64,000 bases of DNA, taken from Euryarchaeota archaeon UBA182. GTDB lineage: Archaea; Thermoplasmatota; Poseidoniia; Poseidoniales; Thalassarchaeaceae. Positions within the stretch are counted from its first letter, which is position 1; each line of letters starts with the position of its first letter. The position numbers were made by a program, and so were the translations under genes. Below, one piece after another: positions 1 through 10,956 of the stretch. The stretch is taken from contig DAGH01000025.1 of assembly GCA_002495675.1 (NCBI GenBank), positions 14,258-78,257 on the forward strand, read 5' to 3'. The notes beneath the pieces are model-generated. The model did no database searches. It was not told the DNA's origin and saw only the letters and a program-made list of their open reading frames with translations.

Positions 1-1226
1 CATGGGAGGTCGAGAGAAATCCTATTTCGTACGCGGAGGGGGCTAGCATGAATCCCCGGTCCAACATTCCTTTGTGCAAGTCTGCGTATTTTTCCCCAGC
101 ATCTGATGGGATCATGTCCGCTCTTCTAGGTGGATCCTCGTTCCCGGGTGAGAACCAAAACAGGCTCTCCAGTCTAACCAATCTGAATGGATTGCCGAAT
201 TTTTCTAGGATTGGGCATACAAGCTGCTCTAATCTCTCTCCCATTGAGTCGAGTCTTGCATAAGCGGCATCGTCCAGCATTGAAAGGGTAGATTTCCCGG
301 CAGCCATCGCCAGGGGGTTCCCTGACAAGGTGCCAGCCTGGTAAACCGGGCCGAGAGGCGACAGATGCTGCATTACCTCTTTGCAGGCGCCATACGCGCC
401 AACCGGCAATCCTCCGCCGATTATCTTGCCAAGTGCAGTTATGTCCGGGGTGATTCCACAGAATCCCCCGTAGCTTCCCTCTCTAAATCTAAACCCCGAG
501 ATCACCTCGTCAAAGACAAGTAGTGTTCCATTATCAGTGCAGAGTTCCCTTAGTTCACGGAGGAACTCGTCCCGTTGAATCAGGAGGCCGTTGTTTGCTG
601 GGAGAGGTTCGATGAGGACTGCAGCAATTTTCTGCGGGTATTCCTTGAAGAGATATCTTACTGCATCGATGTCATCCAATGGGCTAACCAACGTAGTGGA
701 TATGGTGTCCTTAGGTATGCCGGGGCTGCTCGCGATGCCAAAAGTAGCCAGGCCGCTTCCGGAATTTACCAATAGGGCATCGATGTGTCCATGATAACAA
801 CCATCAAATTTCAGTATGTGGTCTCTGCCAGTGTAACCGCGCGCAAGTCTAACAGCGCTCATTGCAGCTTCAGTCCCAGAGGAGGTGAAGCGGACCATAT
901 CGACGTGGGAGAATCTCTCTTTTACCATTCTCGCCAACTCTATCTCTCCGAGATGTGGTGCACCGAATGAGGTCCCTCGCGACATAACCTCAGAAATATC
1001 CGCGATGATCTTAGGATGGGAATGGCCATGGATGAGGGGCCCCCATGATTGCACGAAGTCAACGTACTCGTTGCCGTCGACGTCAGTCACGATCGCGCCA
1101 TTGGCCTGTTGAAAGTAAACGGGACTTCCATGTACTGACTTGAATGCCCGTACGGGGGAGTTGACGCCTCCAACCAAATGGTCCTGCGCCTCGGTGTGGA
1201 GTATCGTGGAGTTGTGCCTTGACATG
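1..1226 (-). CDS. hemL: glutamate-1-semialdehyde 2,1-aminomutase (C-terminus cut by window edge)
   Basis: Minus-strand translation from ATG at 1226 gives MSRHNSTILHTEAQDHLVGGVNSPVRAF...LVFDEVISGFRFREG...ALGKIIGGGLPVGAYG, a HemL/class-III aminotransferase signature. The frame runs off position 1 with no stop. Confidence 0.85.
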
Positions 1227-1238
1227 TTAACAACCTCC

Positions 1239-2216
1239 CTAGACCCAACCCCGACCGATAGCTTCTCTAGTGTGGTAGCTGACGATTATATCCGCACCTG
1301 CTCTTTTGAATGATCCGAGTATCTCGACCACCATTTTGTGTCGATTTTCAACATCTGTGGCATGATCCATGACCATGGAATACTCGCCGCTGACGTTGTA
1401 AACGGCAACAGGCCTGTTGACCTTCGATGAGACTTCCCTTAGGACGTCCAAATAAGGCAGCCCAGGTTTTATCATCAAAATGTCAGATCCTTCTTGAACG
1501 TCCAGCTCCGCCTCAAGGATCGCCTCTTTGTAATCTGACCGGGGATCCATTTGGTGGCTAGATCGGTCCCCAAACGTAGGCGCTGATGAAGCAGCGCTCC
1601 GGAAGGGGCCGTAGAAGGACGAGGCATACTTTACGGAGTAGCTAAGCACACCAGTGGATCTCATCCCTTTCTCCTCAAACGCCCGGCGGACGGATCTCAC
1701 TCGGCCATCCATCATGTCTGACAGGCAGACATAGTCCGCACCTGAGTTTGCGTGAGAGAGTGATATCTTAACCAGCATGTCGACTGATTCGTCGTTCACT
1801 ATCACGCCATCTTGGACTAGTCCACAATGCCCATGGTCCGTTGAAGTACAAAGGCAGGAGTCCGTCATCACTACAATTTGGTCTCCGAATTTTTCTTTCA
1901 ATTTGCGTACAGTTTGTTGCAGAGGCATCTGATCGTCAGCTGCAGATGTACCATTTTCGTCCTTGTAGTGGTCTTCTAGGACGCCGAAGATCATGTGCGA
2001 TGTAATGCCAATGGATAGGTCGTCTGATATTTGTTTGATTAGGACGTCACTAGACTGCCTGTTAATGCCGGGCATTCCGGGTATTTGCTCGTTCACTCCC
2101 TTGCCGGACACGACAAAGTGGGGCTGGACGAGTGATTCAGCGATCGATTGACCAAAAACCAGGTTCCTCCTGGAGTGTGTCCATCTGTTTATTCTGGGCC
2201 TAATTTCCAACCTCAA
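1239..2216 (-). CDS. hemB: porphobilinogen synthase (delta-aminolevulinic acid dehydratase)
   Basis: 325-aa ORF with ALAD hallmarks: RRNLVFG, DSCLCTSTDHGHCG, SDMMDGRV, SYSVKYASSFYGPFR, SHQMDP, IKPGLPYLDV, VYNVSGEY. Start overlaps hemL stop region by spacing typical of an operon. Confidence 0.9.
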   Translation of the reverse strand: MRLEIRPRINRWTHSRRNLVFGQSIAESLVQPHFVVSGKGVNEQIPGMPGINRQSSDVLIKQISDDLSIGITSHMIFGVLEDHYKDENGTSAADDQMPLQQTVRKLKEKFGDQIVVMTDSCLCTSTDHGHCGLVQDGVIVNDESVDMLVKISLSHANSGADYVCLSDMMDGRVRSVRRAFEEKGMRSTGVLSYSVKYASSFYGPFRSAASSAPTFGDRSSHQMDPRSDYKEAILEAELDVQEGSDILMIKPGLPYLDVLREVSSKVNRPVAVYNVSGEYSMVMDHATDVENRHKMVVEILGSFKRAGADIIVSYHTREAIGRGWV

Positions 2217-3913
2217 CCCTCCTCTGATCTTGATTCCCAGAAAGCGAGGATGTACTCAACCGTGGGCCCATCTAAGGTTTTAATGGCTGAGTCTTGGAAA
2301 TAAGGTGTTGTTTCCAATGCCGTTGTGGTGGATTTTCCCATTGAAAGAATGGTACTCGGCGATGGCAATCGGTTTTTGGCCCACGATTCTGCTGATGAGG
2401 GGGATGAAACCAATAGGACGTCGTTCTCAGATATGGAGAATCTTTCAACCTCTGTCTGCATGTTTTCATATCCAATCCATTGCCTGACCAGAAACCCCAT
2501 TTTGGCGAGAGATGTGCAAAAGGATTGGTCGGAGCTCGATGACCTCGGGACGAACAATGTGGACCCAGGGGGGAGGGAGTCCCGAATGTAGGTCACAAGG
2601 TTCTCGCTATTAATTGCCATTCCGCAGTAAGCAGCCGTAATGCCTGCTTGGAAACACGCTTTGTGTGTACCCTCGCCCAAAGTCAGCCAAGGTATCTTGG
2701 CGACCTCGGGATTCGATTCGGACACCAAAGCCGCACATTTGGCCGCGAAGGGAGAGGTCAACACGAGTATCGGCCAACTAGATTTCTTACTTTCAACGCT
2801 CAGGAAGTCCCGCGGCCATGCTTCTGCCAATGGGCTTAGTTTGACAACGGGCTTGTCTATGGTGGGAATCCCTTTTTTCCTCAGCTGGGTTGAAATTCGG
2901 TCTGAAGTCAGAGTGGTTATCAGAGTTGGCTTATTGCGGTCTATGTTCTCGGACACCTTGTCCTGTGATTTATTTTCGAAAATAAAACTTTCAAAATCAC
3001 CCTTATATCTGGCTATTTCGAAGGTCTCGCCCCGGGCGTACTTAGACCTCCAGTCACTGGGAGATACCGCGGTTGTAATCTTAGATCCCATGGACAGTAC
3101 GCCGGCGGGGTAGAGGCACCCGCCGCCAAGTTTCTTTAGGATGCTGCGCTCCCTCTCCACTTCGTCGAATGTCGGTTCATGGTTGAGAATTGTTCTTATT
3201 TTTTCAGTCAAACTAGAGTCTTCATCGCGACAGTGGACGGCTATTGCTCCCTGCCCTGGAGCAGTAGGCCAATCTTCCTCTCTGATCCTGGTTGCATTCA
3301 GGCCAAGATGCCGTTTTGAGATCTCATTCGACTCATATAGTCGTTTCAAACCAATCTCGGCCAATATGAGAAAACTGACTCGTCCGTCTAACAATCCATC
3401 CAACCTTGTTTCGATATGGCCTCGCACAGAAATGGGAATGATATCTGGCCGAGAACTCAACAAAAAGGATTGCCTCCTACCTGAAACTGTCCCGACTTTC
3501 GATTTCATGGGCAGATCCTCAAGTACGTCCATGAGGGGTTTCGAGGACTTGTTCTGGAGTACTTTAGAGAGTTTTTTCCATCCATTCATTTCTTTGGATA
3601 GTACGAAATCTGAAGTTGCGCCCCTAGCGAGATATGCAAGTGCTCTAATACCGCTTTTGGAATCCACTGGAACGTCCTTGGCCGAATGCACCGTGATATC
3701 TGCCTCACCTGAAATTAACAATCGGTCTATCCCATCGACAAATTGGCCCACTTTGGCGGACAAATCTCCTCCCAATGACCTATCGCCATGGCTGCTAATG
3801 GGAATCAGGACGCATTGCAGCCCAGCATTCTCTAACGCTTGTCTTACTTTAATGGCTTGAATGATTGCGAGCTTTGATTTTCTCGTTCCTAAACGGATCG
3901 GCTTCACCATCAT
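2213..3913 (-). CDS. hemCD: fused porphobilinogen deaminase / uroporphyrinogen-III synthase
   Basis: 566 aa. N-terminal ~300 aa matches HemC (LGTRKSKLAIIQA, GGGCLYPAG cofactor-Cys region). C-terminal ~230 aa has the two HemD half-domain motifs (ILVLTSPFAAK ... LLVSSPSSAESW). 4-nt overlaps with hemB and hemA. Confidence 0.75.
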   Translation of the reverse strand: MMVKPIRLGTRKSKLAIIQAIKVRQALENAGLQCVLIPISSHGDRSLGGDLSAKVGQFVDGIDRLLISGEADITVHSAKDVPVDSKSGIRALAYLARGATSDFVLSKEMNGWKKLSKVLQNKSSKPLMDVLEDLPMKSKVGTVSGRRQSFLLSSRPDIIPISVRGHIETRLDGLLDGRVSFLILAEIGLKRLYESNEISKRHLGLNATRIREEDWPTAPGQGAIAVHCRDEDSSLTEKIRTILNHEPTFDEVERERSILKKLGGGCLYPAGVLSMGSKITTAVSPSDWRSKYARGETFEIARYKGDFESFIFENKSQDKVSENIDRNKPTLITTLTSDRISTQLRKKGIPTIDKPVVKLSPLAEAWPRDFLSVESKKSSWPILVLTSPFAAKCAALVSESNPEVAKIPWLTLGEGTHKACFQAGITAAYCGMAINSENLVTYIRDSLPPGSTLFVPRSSSSDQSFCTSLAKMGFLVRQWIGYENMQTEVERFSISENDVLLVSSPSSAESWAKNRLPSPSTILSMGKSTTTALETTPYFQDSAIKTLDGPTVEYILAFWESRSEEG

Positions 3914-5289
3914 ACCCCCGGCTCAGCGGAAGCTTCAATCGAGGTCACCAATCGAGTTACGTCAATGGCTATATTTTGAAGGAGGGTCGAGTCGATTTCC
4001 CGTTTAGTTCCAATGACATATTTGTGTAAATCCCCCAAGTCAAAAATGCCGTCTTTTTGGCATATCCAACTCGCAATCTCTTTGGAGAAGGCTTCCAACT
4101 GTGGTTTTTCGTCATCTTCGAGGTCGTACTTTTCGGCCCATGTTGTTGGTTTGTCATTGAAGGCAGCGTATATCCTGGATCTAAATTTAGCTTTAGACAC
4201 GTTCTTCAGTGACATCTTGAAATTCTCCTCAATCTCACTTATGATTTCCACACCCCGTCTGGTGGTATCTTCATAGTTCCAGTCAATTCCAAGTTTCCTA
4301 GATCTTCGTATCCAGTACTCCATGTCGTAAAGCAGATCTCCTTCACGAACGCCGCCCTGTGTGAAGGAGGATGGCCAAGAAAAATCCATTATCACTGTGT
4401 TTCCATCGCTTGGAAAGGGTGATTCTTTTGTGAAGGTCGGCTTCTTATTCCTTAGTGTTGATATCACTAGGTCAGTATTCACTCCAGAATTGGCCCATTC
4501 TTCAAAGGACAGAATTTTTACTTTCTCAGTGAGGTCAGGGTATCGAAAGGCGGCATTCACAGGGTCACTGGAAATAACGGATATTCTCTCTTGGTCGAAT
4601 TCGATCAACGCCTCGACCGCTTTGGCGCCCATCTCACCAAAGCCAAGCACCAATGTATCTAGTTGCTCATTGCTTCTGATCATTTCTTTCATCGCATTTG
4701 TTGCCAAGTTTAACATCGACTCGGCTGTCTTGTCAAAGCCTAGTTCCTTCCTGACTGTGCGATTAGCGGCTATGACGTGATCGAAAAGTACGGAATTCGA
4801 GTGAGATATGTATTCATTCTCCTTGTGCCATGAAACGGTATCCCTGAACTGGCCCATGACCTGTAGCTCTCCCAGGATGAATGAGTCTAGGCCACTGCAT
4901 ATTTTCACCAGTACTCTCCATACCTCCATACCGGTTGAGATCTGAAAAGGGCATCCACGTACACCCGTGACGTTCTCTATGGCTGTGACCAATTCAGTTT
5001 CGTTCATCGAAAATCCGACATACAGGACCCTGTTGCAGGTGGAGAATTCCAAGACCTCCCCCCCAGCTGCTGATTTCAGGTTGGCAAGGTATTCTACCTT
5101 TTCTTGACTCGAGAAGCCTTCTGAGGTCAGTGCCTCGACGAAGTCTTTGGTGTCTGAATCGAGTTTCATGGAAGCCATTACAACTCCGTCCATCGGGGAG
5201 TGAGGACGAGGGTGATTCACGGCGTTCCTACTGGATTCGGTGTGGGTGACATCAGATAAGTTCACAAGACCACTGGGTCGTCTAAGCAT
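3910..5289 (-). CDS. hemA: glutamyl-tRNA reductase
   Basis: HemA motifs: LEFSTCNRVLYV (active-site Cys), ILGELQVMGQ, VLGFGEMGAKAV NADPH-binding. The ORF extends to 5379, but the internal ATG at 5289 (MLRRPSGLVNL...) gives a typical ~460-aa HemA. Start choice is uncertain. Confidence 0.8.
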   Translation of the reverse strand: MLRRPSGLVNLSDVTHTESSRNAVNHPRPHSPMDGVVMASMKLDSDTKDFVEALTSEGFSSQEKVEYLANLKSAAGGEVLEFSTCNRVLYVGFSMNETELVTAIENVTGVRGCPFQISTGMEVWRVLVKICSGLDSFILGELQVMGQFRDTVSWHKENEYISHSNSVLFDHVIAANRTVRKELGFDKTAESMLNLATNAMKEMIRSNEQLDTLVLGFGEMGAKAVEALIEFDQERISVISSDPVNAAFRYPDLTEKVKILSFEEWANSGVNTDLVISTLRNKKPTFTKESPFPSDGNTVIMDFSWPSSFTQGGVREGDLLYDMEYWIRRSRKLGIDWNYEDTTRRGVEIISEIEENFKMSLKNVSKAKFRSRIYAAFNDKPTTWAEKYDLEDDEKPQLEAFSKEIASWICQKDGIFDLGDLHKYVIGTKREIDSTLLQNIAIDVTRLVTSIEASAEPGV

Positions 5290-5561
5290 ATTTATCACCA
5301 CGGTATTTTGTAATCCCTGACAAACGAAACTTTGTTGTTCCGGTGTCAAATACTCCAAATTCTGCCCATCGGTGCACAAGGTCTGCCCGACTTAATCTAC
5401 CGCGACAACGGACCTTAATTAACGCCAGCATAACATGGGACTAAATTTCCGTTAAGAGAAACTCCAAAAATGGCCTAAAAAACGAACATGATTGTTGTGT
5501 GATAGAGACTGACTGAATAACACTCAGCGGTGCATATTGAGGGTGTTGGATTGTGTCATAT

Positions 5562-5638
5562 TGGTGGACGCTGGGGGATTTGAACCCCCGGCCCCCTGGT
5601 TGCAAACCAGGTGCTCTTCCAAGCTGAGCTAAGCGCCC
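5562..5638 (-). tRNA. tRNA-Ala (anticodon UGC), CCA encoded
   Basis: Reverse complement GGGCGCTTAGCTCAGCTTGGAAGAGCACCTGGTTTGCAACCAGG...GGGGGTTCAAATCCCCCAGCGTCCACCA folds as a cloverleaf. Anticodon loop is UUUGCAA and the G3:U70 alanine identity pair is present. Confidence 0.9.
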
Positions 5639-5690
5639 TATGGACGCCCGACAGAGGCATTGGTCTTGAGTGCATCCCCTCTGGAAAGGC

Positions 5691-6359
5691 TCAATCTCCT
5701 CCTTGCCTCATCAATACGATTCCGAACAATAACACAGACACGGCACCGATGGCCAAGCCCACCCTGGCATATGCCTCAGTGGGGCTGGAATCAGCCTCTT
5801 CTTCAGTTGGTTGGATAAGTGTTCCATCCTCGATGTGATTATCCTCAGAGAAGTGGGCAGTGAATGACAGATTGTCGGACACATATGTGCCATTCATGTG
5901 CTGGATCATGAACGAGACTGTCCCGGGGAGCAGTCCATTCGAGGGGCCCATCTCGAGCGTGTAGGTCACGGCACACTCTGGATCCGACTTGTTCCCCTCG
6001 CTGTCTAGGGCGCAGGAACTCGTCAGAATGGGGGAGTGCAGGTCGTCCGTGCCGGAGAAGTCGCCATCCCCGTCTACATCGACGAGGATCTGCTGGCTCT
6101 TGTTCTCCCCATCATCGACCATCATGAAGAAGATTCGATCGGTCGTGACCAGTATCCCTGCTGGTATTTCGGCAGGCGAAGTCCCATCCGATCTCAACAG
6201 AACGGTGTAGTCCTTCGCCTCGTGGGCCGATGCGGTTGGGCAGAGCAAAATGGCTACGACGATGATCAGGGCCCTCCCGCGCACGATGGACGGGAGGGAG
6301 CCGAGTGTTTGAAGATGATAGGCTTCAATACCTGTATGAATCGGACTTGAAGGGGCCAT
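5691..6359 (-). CDS. hypothetical secreted protein with C-terminal transmembrane anchor
   Basis: 222-aa ORF with an N-terminal hydrophobic signal-like segment ([16 protein letters not shown]), a Asp-rich segment [13 protein letters not shown], and a C-terminal hydrophobic helix followed by RQGGD. No recognisable catalytic motif. Confidence 0.5.
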   Translation of the reverse strand: MAPSSPIHTGIEAYHLQTLGSLPSIVRGRALIIVVAILLCPTASAHEAKDYTVLLRSDGTSPAEIPAGILVTTDRIFFMMVDDGENKSQQILVDVDGDGDFSGTDDLHSPILTSSCALDSEGNKSDPECAVTYTLEMGPSNGLLPGTVSFMIQHMNGTYVSDNLSFTAHFSEDNHIEDGTLIQPTEEEADSSPTEAYARVGLAIGAVSVLLFGIVLMRQGGD

Positions 6360-7749
6360 CCTTGGTCACACCGATGTAGTCTGCCTGGTCTTTCGTCAGG
6401 CTGGTCAGCTTGGCTCCGATCCTGTTGAGATGGAGCATGGCCACTTCCTCGTCGAGCTCCTTAGGGAGCATGTAGACCTGCTTGCCATAGAGACCTTGGC
6501 TGGCCCAAAGGTCCATCTGCGCTAGCACCTGATTGCAGAAGCTTGTGGACATGACGAAACTTGGGTGTCCTGTCCCGCATCCCAGGTTCACGAGGCGCCC
6601 CTCAGCAAGCAGGTAGATCGAGTGACCCTCAGGGAAGTCGTACCTGTCAACCTGCGGCTTGATGTTGACGTGCGCGATGCTTGCCTCGCCTTGGAGGCGC
6701 TCGACCTGTATCTCATTGTCAAAGTGGCCTATGTTGCACACTATTGCTTGGTCCTTCATACTGCTAAGGTGTTCGAGAGTGATGATGTCCCTGTTGCCCG
6801 TCGCTGTTACGTAGATGTCGGCAGATCCCAATGTATCCTCCAACGTAGTGACTGTGTACCCCTCCATAGCAGCTTGCAAGGCGCAGATGGGATCAATCTC
6901 AGTCACGGAAACCCTAGCACCCTGAGCCTTCAGCGCAGCCGCCGAGCCCTTGCCGACATCTCCATAGCCACAGACGACTGCATGCTTCCCGGAGATCATC
7001 ACATCAGTGGCCCGCTTGATTCCATCCACGAGGGACTCCCTGCAACCATACAGGTTGTCGAACTTGGATTTCGTGACGGAGTCGTTGACGTTGATTGCTG
7101 GGAAAAGGAGCGTGCCGTCCTCAACCCTCTGATTCAGTCGGAGGACGCCGGTCGTCGTCTCCTCTGATACGCCGACGATGGATTCGACCATCTTTGTCCA
7201 TCTTCTTGGGTCTGCATTGTGTATATCCTTCAGGAGGGCCTTAATCGCGGCCTCTTCGGCAGACGCAGGTGGCTCATGCACCCAGTCGCTGCCTCCCTCC
7301 AATTCGTAGCCCTTGTGGATGAGGAGGGTTGCGTCGCCACCATCATCCACGATCAGCTGGGGGCCGTCATGGCCTTCATGGGAGAGTGCGAGATATGTGC
7401 ACTCCCAGTAGTCTTCAAGGCTCATTCCCTTCCAAGCGAAAACGGGGACGCCGGCTTCGGCGATGGCCGCAGCAGCGTGATCCTGGGTCGAGAAGATGTT
7501 ACAGCTTGCCCATCTGACCTCGGCCCCAAGGTCAACCAGGGTTTCGATCAGAACCGCCGTCTGGATCGTCATGTGGAGTGACCCGCTGACCCTAACGCCG
7601 TCCAGGGGTTTTGATTCGGCATATTTCGCTCGTATCTGCATCAGCCCGGGCATCTCATGCTCTGCGACCGAGATCTCCTTCCTCCCAAAATCAGCGAGAG
7701 CAGGGTCTGCAACCATGAATGGGGGAGGGTCGACTAGGGATTGGTTCAT
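6325..7749 (-). CDS. ahcY: adenosylhomocysteinase
   Basis: AhcY signatures: [19 protein letters not shown] near the N-terminus and the NAD-binding [25 protein letters not shown]. The ORF extends to 7944, but ATG at 7749 ([11 protein letters not shown]...) avoids overlap with divergent metK and matches canonical AhcY length (~475 aa). Confidence 0.9.
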   Translation of the reverse strand: MNQSLVDPPPFMVADPALADFGRKEISVAEHEMPGLMQIRAKYAESKPLDGVRVSGSLHMTIQTAVLIETLVDLGAEVRWASCNIFSTQDHAAAAIAEAGVPVFAWKGMSLEDYWECTYLALSHEGHDGPQLIVDDGGDATLLIHKGYELEGGSDWVHEPPASAEEAAIKALLKDIHNADPRRWTKMVESIVGVSEETTTGVLRLNQRVEDGTLLFPAINVNDSVTKSKFDNLYGCRESLVDGIKRATDVMISGKHAVVCGYGDVGKGSAAALKAQGARVSVTEIDPICALQAAMEGYTVTTLEDTLGSADIYVTATGNRDIITLEHLSSMKDQAIVCNIGHFDNEIQVERLQGEASIAHVNIKPQVDRYDFPEGHSIYLLAEGRLVNLGCGTGHPSFVMSTSFCNQVLAQMDLWASQGLYGKQVYMLPKELDEEVAMLHLNRIGAKLTSLTKDQADYIGVTKDGPFKSDSYRY

Positions 7750-7770
7750 GCTCCTTCCCAATGGAGGGTG

Positions 7771-7777
7771 TAAATTA
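7771..7777 (-). promoter_or_regulatory. candidate archaeal TATA-like box for leaderless ahcY
   Basis: TAAATTA (TAATTTA on the minus strand) is centred ~25 nt upstream of the proposed ahcY ATG, in the 96-nt divergent ahcY/metK intergenic region. Positional inference only. Confidence 0.25.
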
Positions 7778-7845
7778 GGATATGTACTGAGTCCGAGGGG
7801 CCAATCAACCGCGCGATTGAAGTTCGTCATTGCTGCGGGCGGACC

Positions 7846-9090
7846 ATGGCGCGCACGTTCACCTCGGAATCTGTGTCTTCTGGGCATCCCGACAAGCTGT
7901 GCGATGCGATATCCGACGCAATCCTCGACGAGTGTATCATGCATGACCCGGGTGCGAGGGTGGCGGTGGAGGCCTTGGTGAAGGGGGCCTCTCGTTCCAG
8001 CAACATCGTCCTGGCAGGAGAGGTATCGCTGGCGGGGGATCCTGAAATCGAATTCGAACAGATCGCCAGGAGGGTGGCTGTGGAAATCGGGTACGACGAC
8101 CTGTCGGTCGGGATGGATGCCTCAAACGAAGGAACCTGTGAAGTCACGTGCTTGATTGGGAAGCAATCTGCAGACATAGCCCAAGGTGTCGACTTTGGCT
8201 CTGGGATCGACCCCGACCAAGGAGCAGGGGACCAGGGGATAATGTTCGGCTATGCTACCATTGAGTCAAATTTCATCGATGGGGCCGAGGGGTTGCTGAT
8301 GCCCGTCCCCATCCTGCTTTCCCACATGCTAACCAACGCAACTACAGAGGCCATGCATACAGGGAAACTGCCGTGGGTCAGGCCTGATGCGAAAAGCCAG
8401 GTCTCGATCAGATACGATGGATTGGAACCAGTAGAGATAACCAGCCTTGTGTTGGCTGTCCAGCATGACGACCTTGCGAGTGAGATATTCGAAGGCGACG
8501 TCTCGAAAGAACACTCTTTCATCAGGTCAGAGGTCATTGAGAAGATCATCAAGAAGTTCATGCCGAGCCGCTTGCTAACGGACAACACAGAGATCGTCAT
8601 CAATGGTACTGGGAGGTTTCTTCTGGGCGGACCGCATGCCGATGCAGGGATAACGGGACGAAAGGTCATTGTGGACTCCTACGGAGGTATGGGCCGACAT
8701 GGAGGGGGGGCGTTCAGCGGGAAGGACCCCAGCAAGGTCGACAGGTCCGCGTCATACGCAGCAAGATGGGCTGCGAAACATGTCGTTGCAGCAGGCTTAG
8801 CTGATAAGTGCGAGATTCAGATCTCCTATGCCATTGGCGTCGCACAGCCAACGGCCATACACGTCGATACACAGGGAACTGGGGCACATGGCATTTCGGA
8901 CATCGAGATCGAACAGAGAGTGAGGGGTGCATTCGACTTTAGGCCCTCATCCATAATCGAGAGGCTCGGACTGAGGCGGCCGATCTATCGGAGGACCGCC
9001 GCAGGGGGCCACTTTGGGAGGAATCCCGATGATGACGGGGGATTCTCCTGGGAGATTCTGGACGACTCCATCCTCTCGTTGCTCTCTTGA
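7846..9090 (+). CDS. metK: S-adenosylmethionine synthetase, bacterial/eukaryotic type
   Basis: N-terminus [25 protein letters not shown] and downstream [23 protein letters not shown] are classic MetK motifs (not the divergent archaeal MAT). Divergently paired with ahcY. Confidence 0.9.
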   Translation: MARTFTSESVSSGHPDKLCDAISDAILDECIMHDPGARVAVEALVKGASRSSNIVLAGEVSLAGDPEIEFEQIARRVAVEIGYDDLSVGMDASNEGTCEVTCLIGKQSADIAQGVDFGSGIDPDQGAGDQGIMFGYATIESNFIDGAEGLLMPVPILLSHMLTNATTEAMHTGKLPWVRPDAKSQVSIRYDGLEPVEITSLVLAVQHDDLASEIFEGDVSKEHSFIRSEVIEKIIKKFMPSRLLTDNTEIVINGTGRFLLGGPHADAGITGRKVIVDSYGGMGRHGGGAFSGKDPSKVDRSASYAARWAAKHVVAAGLADKCEIQISYAIGVAQPTAIHVDTQGTGAHGISDIEIEQRVRGAFDFRPSSIIERLGLRRPIYRRTAAGGHFGRNPDDDGGFSWEILDDSILSLLS

Positions 9091-9156
9091 CCTGCGCACC
9101 CGTGATTGAGTGTAGGGGAGCGATGGCTTCAACACGGCCCGCCTACACGGAATGCC

Positions 9157-10896
9157 ATGAGCAGGCAGCGTGCCGCAACCATCGCAGGCCTGTCATTGTC
9201 AATCCTCCTCCTACTAGGCTCGGCCGGAGTCTTACTTCTTGGAGAGGATGGAAGCTCGGACGTAGAAGTCTCAAACAGCATCATTGATCCATTGTTGCAG
9301 GACGATGGCCACGACCACAGAAATGCTAGCCAGCACGTACTCTCCACCCCCAACATAAAGCCCCTAGGCTATAATCCGCTGACTGAGCCTGGAAATGCCG
9401 AGGTTCAAGTGGCTGAGTCCCCAGACGGAAGGATATATGCCTACATCGCCGGATGGACGGAGATGCACATAGTCGACGTCACAGACCCAGAGAACACGAC
9501 GTGGATGGGGGAATACTACGACCCTAACACGCAGGTTCTGGATGTGAAGTACATCCAATACGATGGACGCGAGTACGTCGTGCTTCAGAACCAATTGGTC
9601 GATCCTGGGGCTGCAGACCCGAATGTGGGGGCATGGGAAGACCCCACTCAAGTGACCGTCACACTTGTCGAAGTGACTGACAAGGAGGACCCCCAGTGGG
9701 TCGGTGCCTGGTATGACGCCGACCACCCCAGCGGCCCGCACAACCTCTACACCCATGTCATCGACGGAGAGTGGTATATCTTCGTCGCCAACCCCGACTA
9801 CGACTCGTGCGACGTCGGACAAGGAGACGCATGCGGGGGGATAACCATCGCACATCTGAACTTCGATGGACCCAGCGACCAGCCAGTTATACTCAAGGTC
9901 GGCGAGGCCGAGGTGAACTGGGAGACAACTCTAGGTGGTTGGATTTACATCCATGACATGACCGTCCAGACGTGGCCTGGGGACGATCCAAATGACCCTC
10001 GCTTCGGCAAGACATACGTGTATGGGGCCTATTGGGAGGCTGGACTGAGGATCTTCGATGTGAGCGACGTCCCGCATCCAACGAACACCCCTCTTGAGTA
10101 TGCCTTCATCGCAGGAGGATGCGTCGTCACAATAGGAACCCAGTTGGGTTGCAACTGGAGAGCCCCTGAGGTCGGCCTCTGGATGGAGTATGCTGACTTG
10201 GACGGGGACGGCTCGCCTGACAGTGGCTACAATGGGAACGAGAACGGGGGAAGGGCCTCTTACATCCACTACGCCGAGCCAGTAGATGAAATGGTGGATG
10301 CGAGCCATCTCGGCTATCCCGAGGGGGAAATGCACCTTACTATCCTATCGACAGAGGTGCTCGAGACCTCTGTTGGCACCGGCATGTCATACCTCCTCGA
10401 CACCACCAAGTACGAGGAGGTAAACGGACAAGTCAGGTTCCTTCCAGAACTCATATACGACTACGAGATCCCATTCGCGGAGGACCACTTCATACCAGGT
10501 GGAGAGGAGTGGTTGCTATTCAGCCCGCACAATGCAGACACGCAAATCTTCTCCACGACCGGCGACTTCCAGGACACGAGCCACGGCGGAACTTGGGATG
10601 GTAGGATCTACCTCTCAAGCTACCACGCTGGGCTGTGGATCGTAGACATCGAGAGCCTGATGGTGGCGGGCTTGGGGGACGGCAACTCAACAGACGCGTA
10701 CTTCGACGCCACTGTGGGCTACCACTTGCCACACGGTGCCGATGGACAGCCCTTGGAGAGCGCCTTCTACGACTTCGGGTGGACTCCGTTCCTCTGGGCA
10801 GCGGAGTACCATGAGGGGTACACGTATCTGTCCTGCATCACCTCGGGCCTCTACATTGTCCAACTCGATATCGATGCCCCCTACGCCACGAGATGA
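9157..10896 (+). CDS. secreted LVIVD-repeat beta-propeller protein
   Basis: Signal-like N-terminus (MSRQRAATIAGLSLSILLLLGSAGV). Repeated G[LW]xI[VF]D[VI]S/TDP blocks: EMHIVDVTDPENT, GLRIFDVSDVPHPTNT, GLWIVDIESL, GLYIVQLDI. These match the LVIVD repeat pattern. Confidence 0.65.
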   Translation: MSRQRAATIAGLSLSILLLLGSAGVLLLGEDGSSDVEVSNSIIDPLLQDDGHDHRNASQHVLSTPNIKPLGYNPLTEPGNAEVQVAESPDGRIYAYIAGWTEMHIVDVTDPENTTWMGEYYDPNTQVLDVKYIQYDGREYVVLQNQLVDPGAADPNVGAWEDPTQVTVTLVEVTDKEDPQWVGAWYDADHPSGPHNLYTHVIDGEWYIFVANPDYDSCDVGQGDACGGITIAHLNFDGPSDQPVILKVGEAEVNWETTLGGWIYIHDMTVQTWPGDDPNDPRFGKTYVYGAYWEAGLRIFDVSDVPHPTNTPLEYAFIAGGCVVTIGTQLGCNWRAPEVGLWMEYADLDGDGSPDSGYNGNENGGRASYIHYAEPVDEMVDASHLGYPEGEMHLTILSTEVLETSVGTGMSYLLDTTKYEEVNGQVRFLPELIYDYEIPFAEDHFIPGGEEWLLFSPHNADTQIFSTTGDFQDTSHGGTWDGRIYLSSYHAGLWIVDIESLMVAGLGDGNSTDAYFDATVGYHLPHGADGQPLESAFYDFGWTPFLWAAEYHEGYTYLSCITSGLYIVQLDIDAPYATR

Positions 10897-10956
10897 GGGA
10901 CATCTGACCATCATCTTCAACAGCCTAGCCACCACCCGATGGGATGAGGTCCCCTC

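Noticed and set aside
3141-3860. 239-aa plus-strand ORF inside hemCD
   Set aside because: Entirely antisense to a strongly supported HemC/HemD coding region. No motifs.
6565-7167. 200-aa plus-strand ORF inside ahcY
   Set aside because: Antisense to the adenosylhomocysteinase gene with clear AhcY motifs. Spurious.
7750-7944. N-terminal extensions of ahcY (to 7944), pheS (to 19218), hemA (to 5379), sufS (to 22621) and others in the ORF track
   Set aside because: The extensions overlap divergent neighbouring genes or add non-conserved residues before well-known N-terminal motifs. Internal ATG starts were preferred.
8704-8710. G7 homopolymer inside metK
   Set aside because: Noted as a potential sequencing-error hotspot, but the frame is intact (…[10 protein letters not shown]…) and matches MetK, so there is no evidence of a frameshift.
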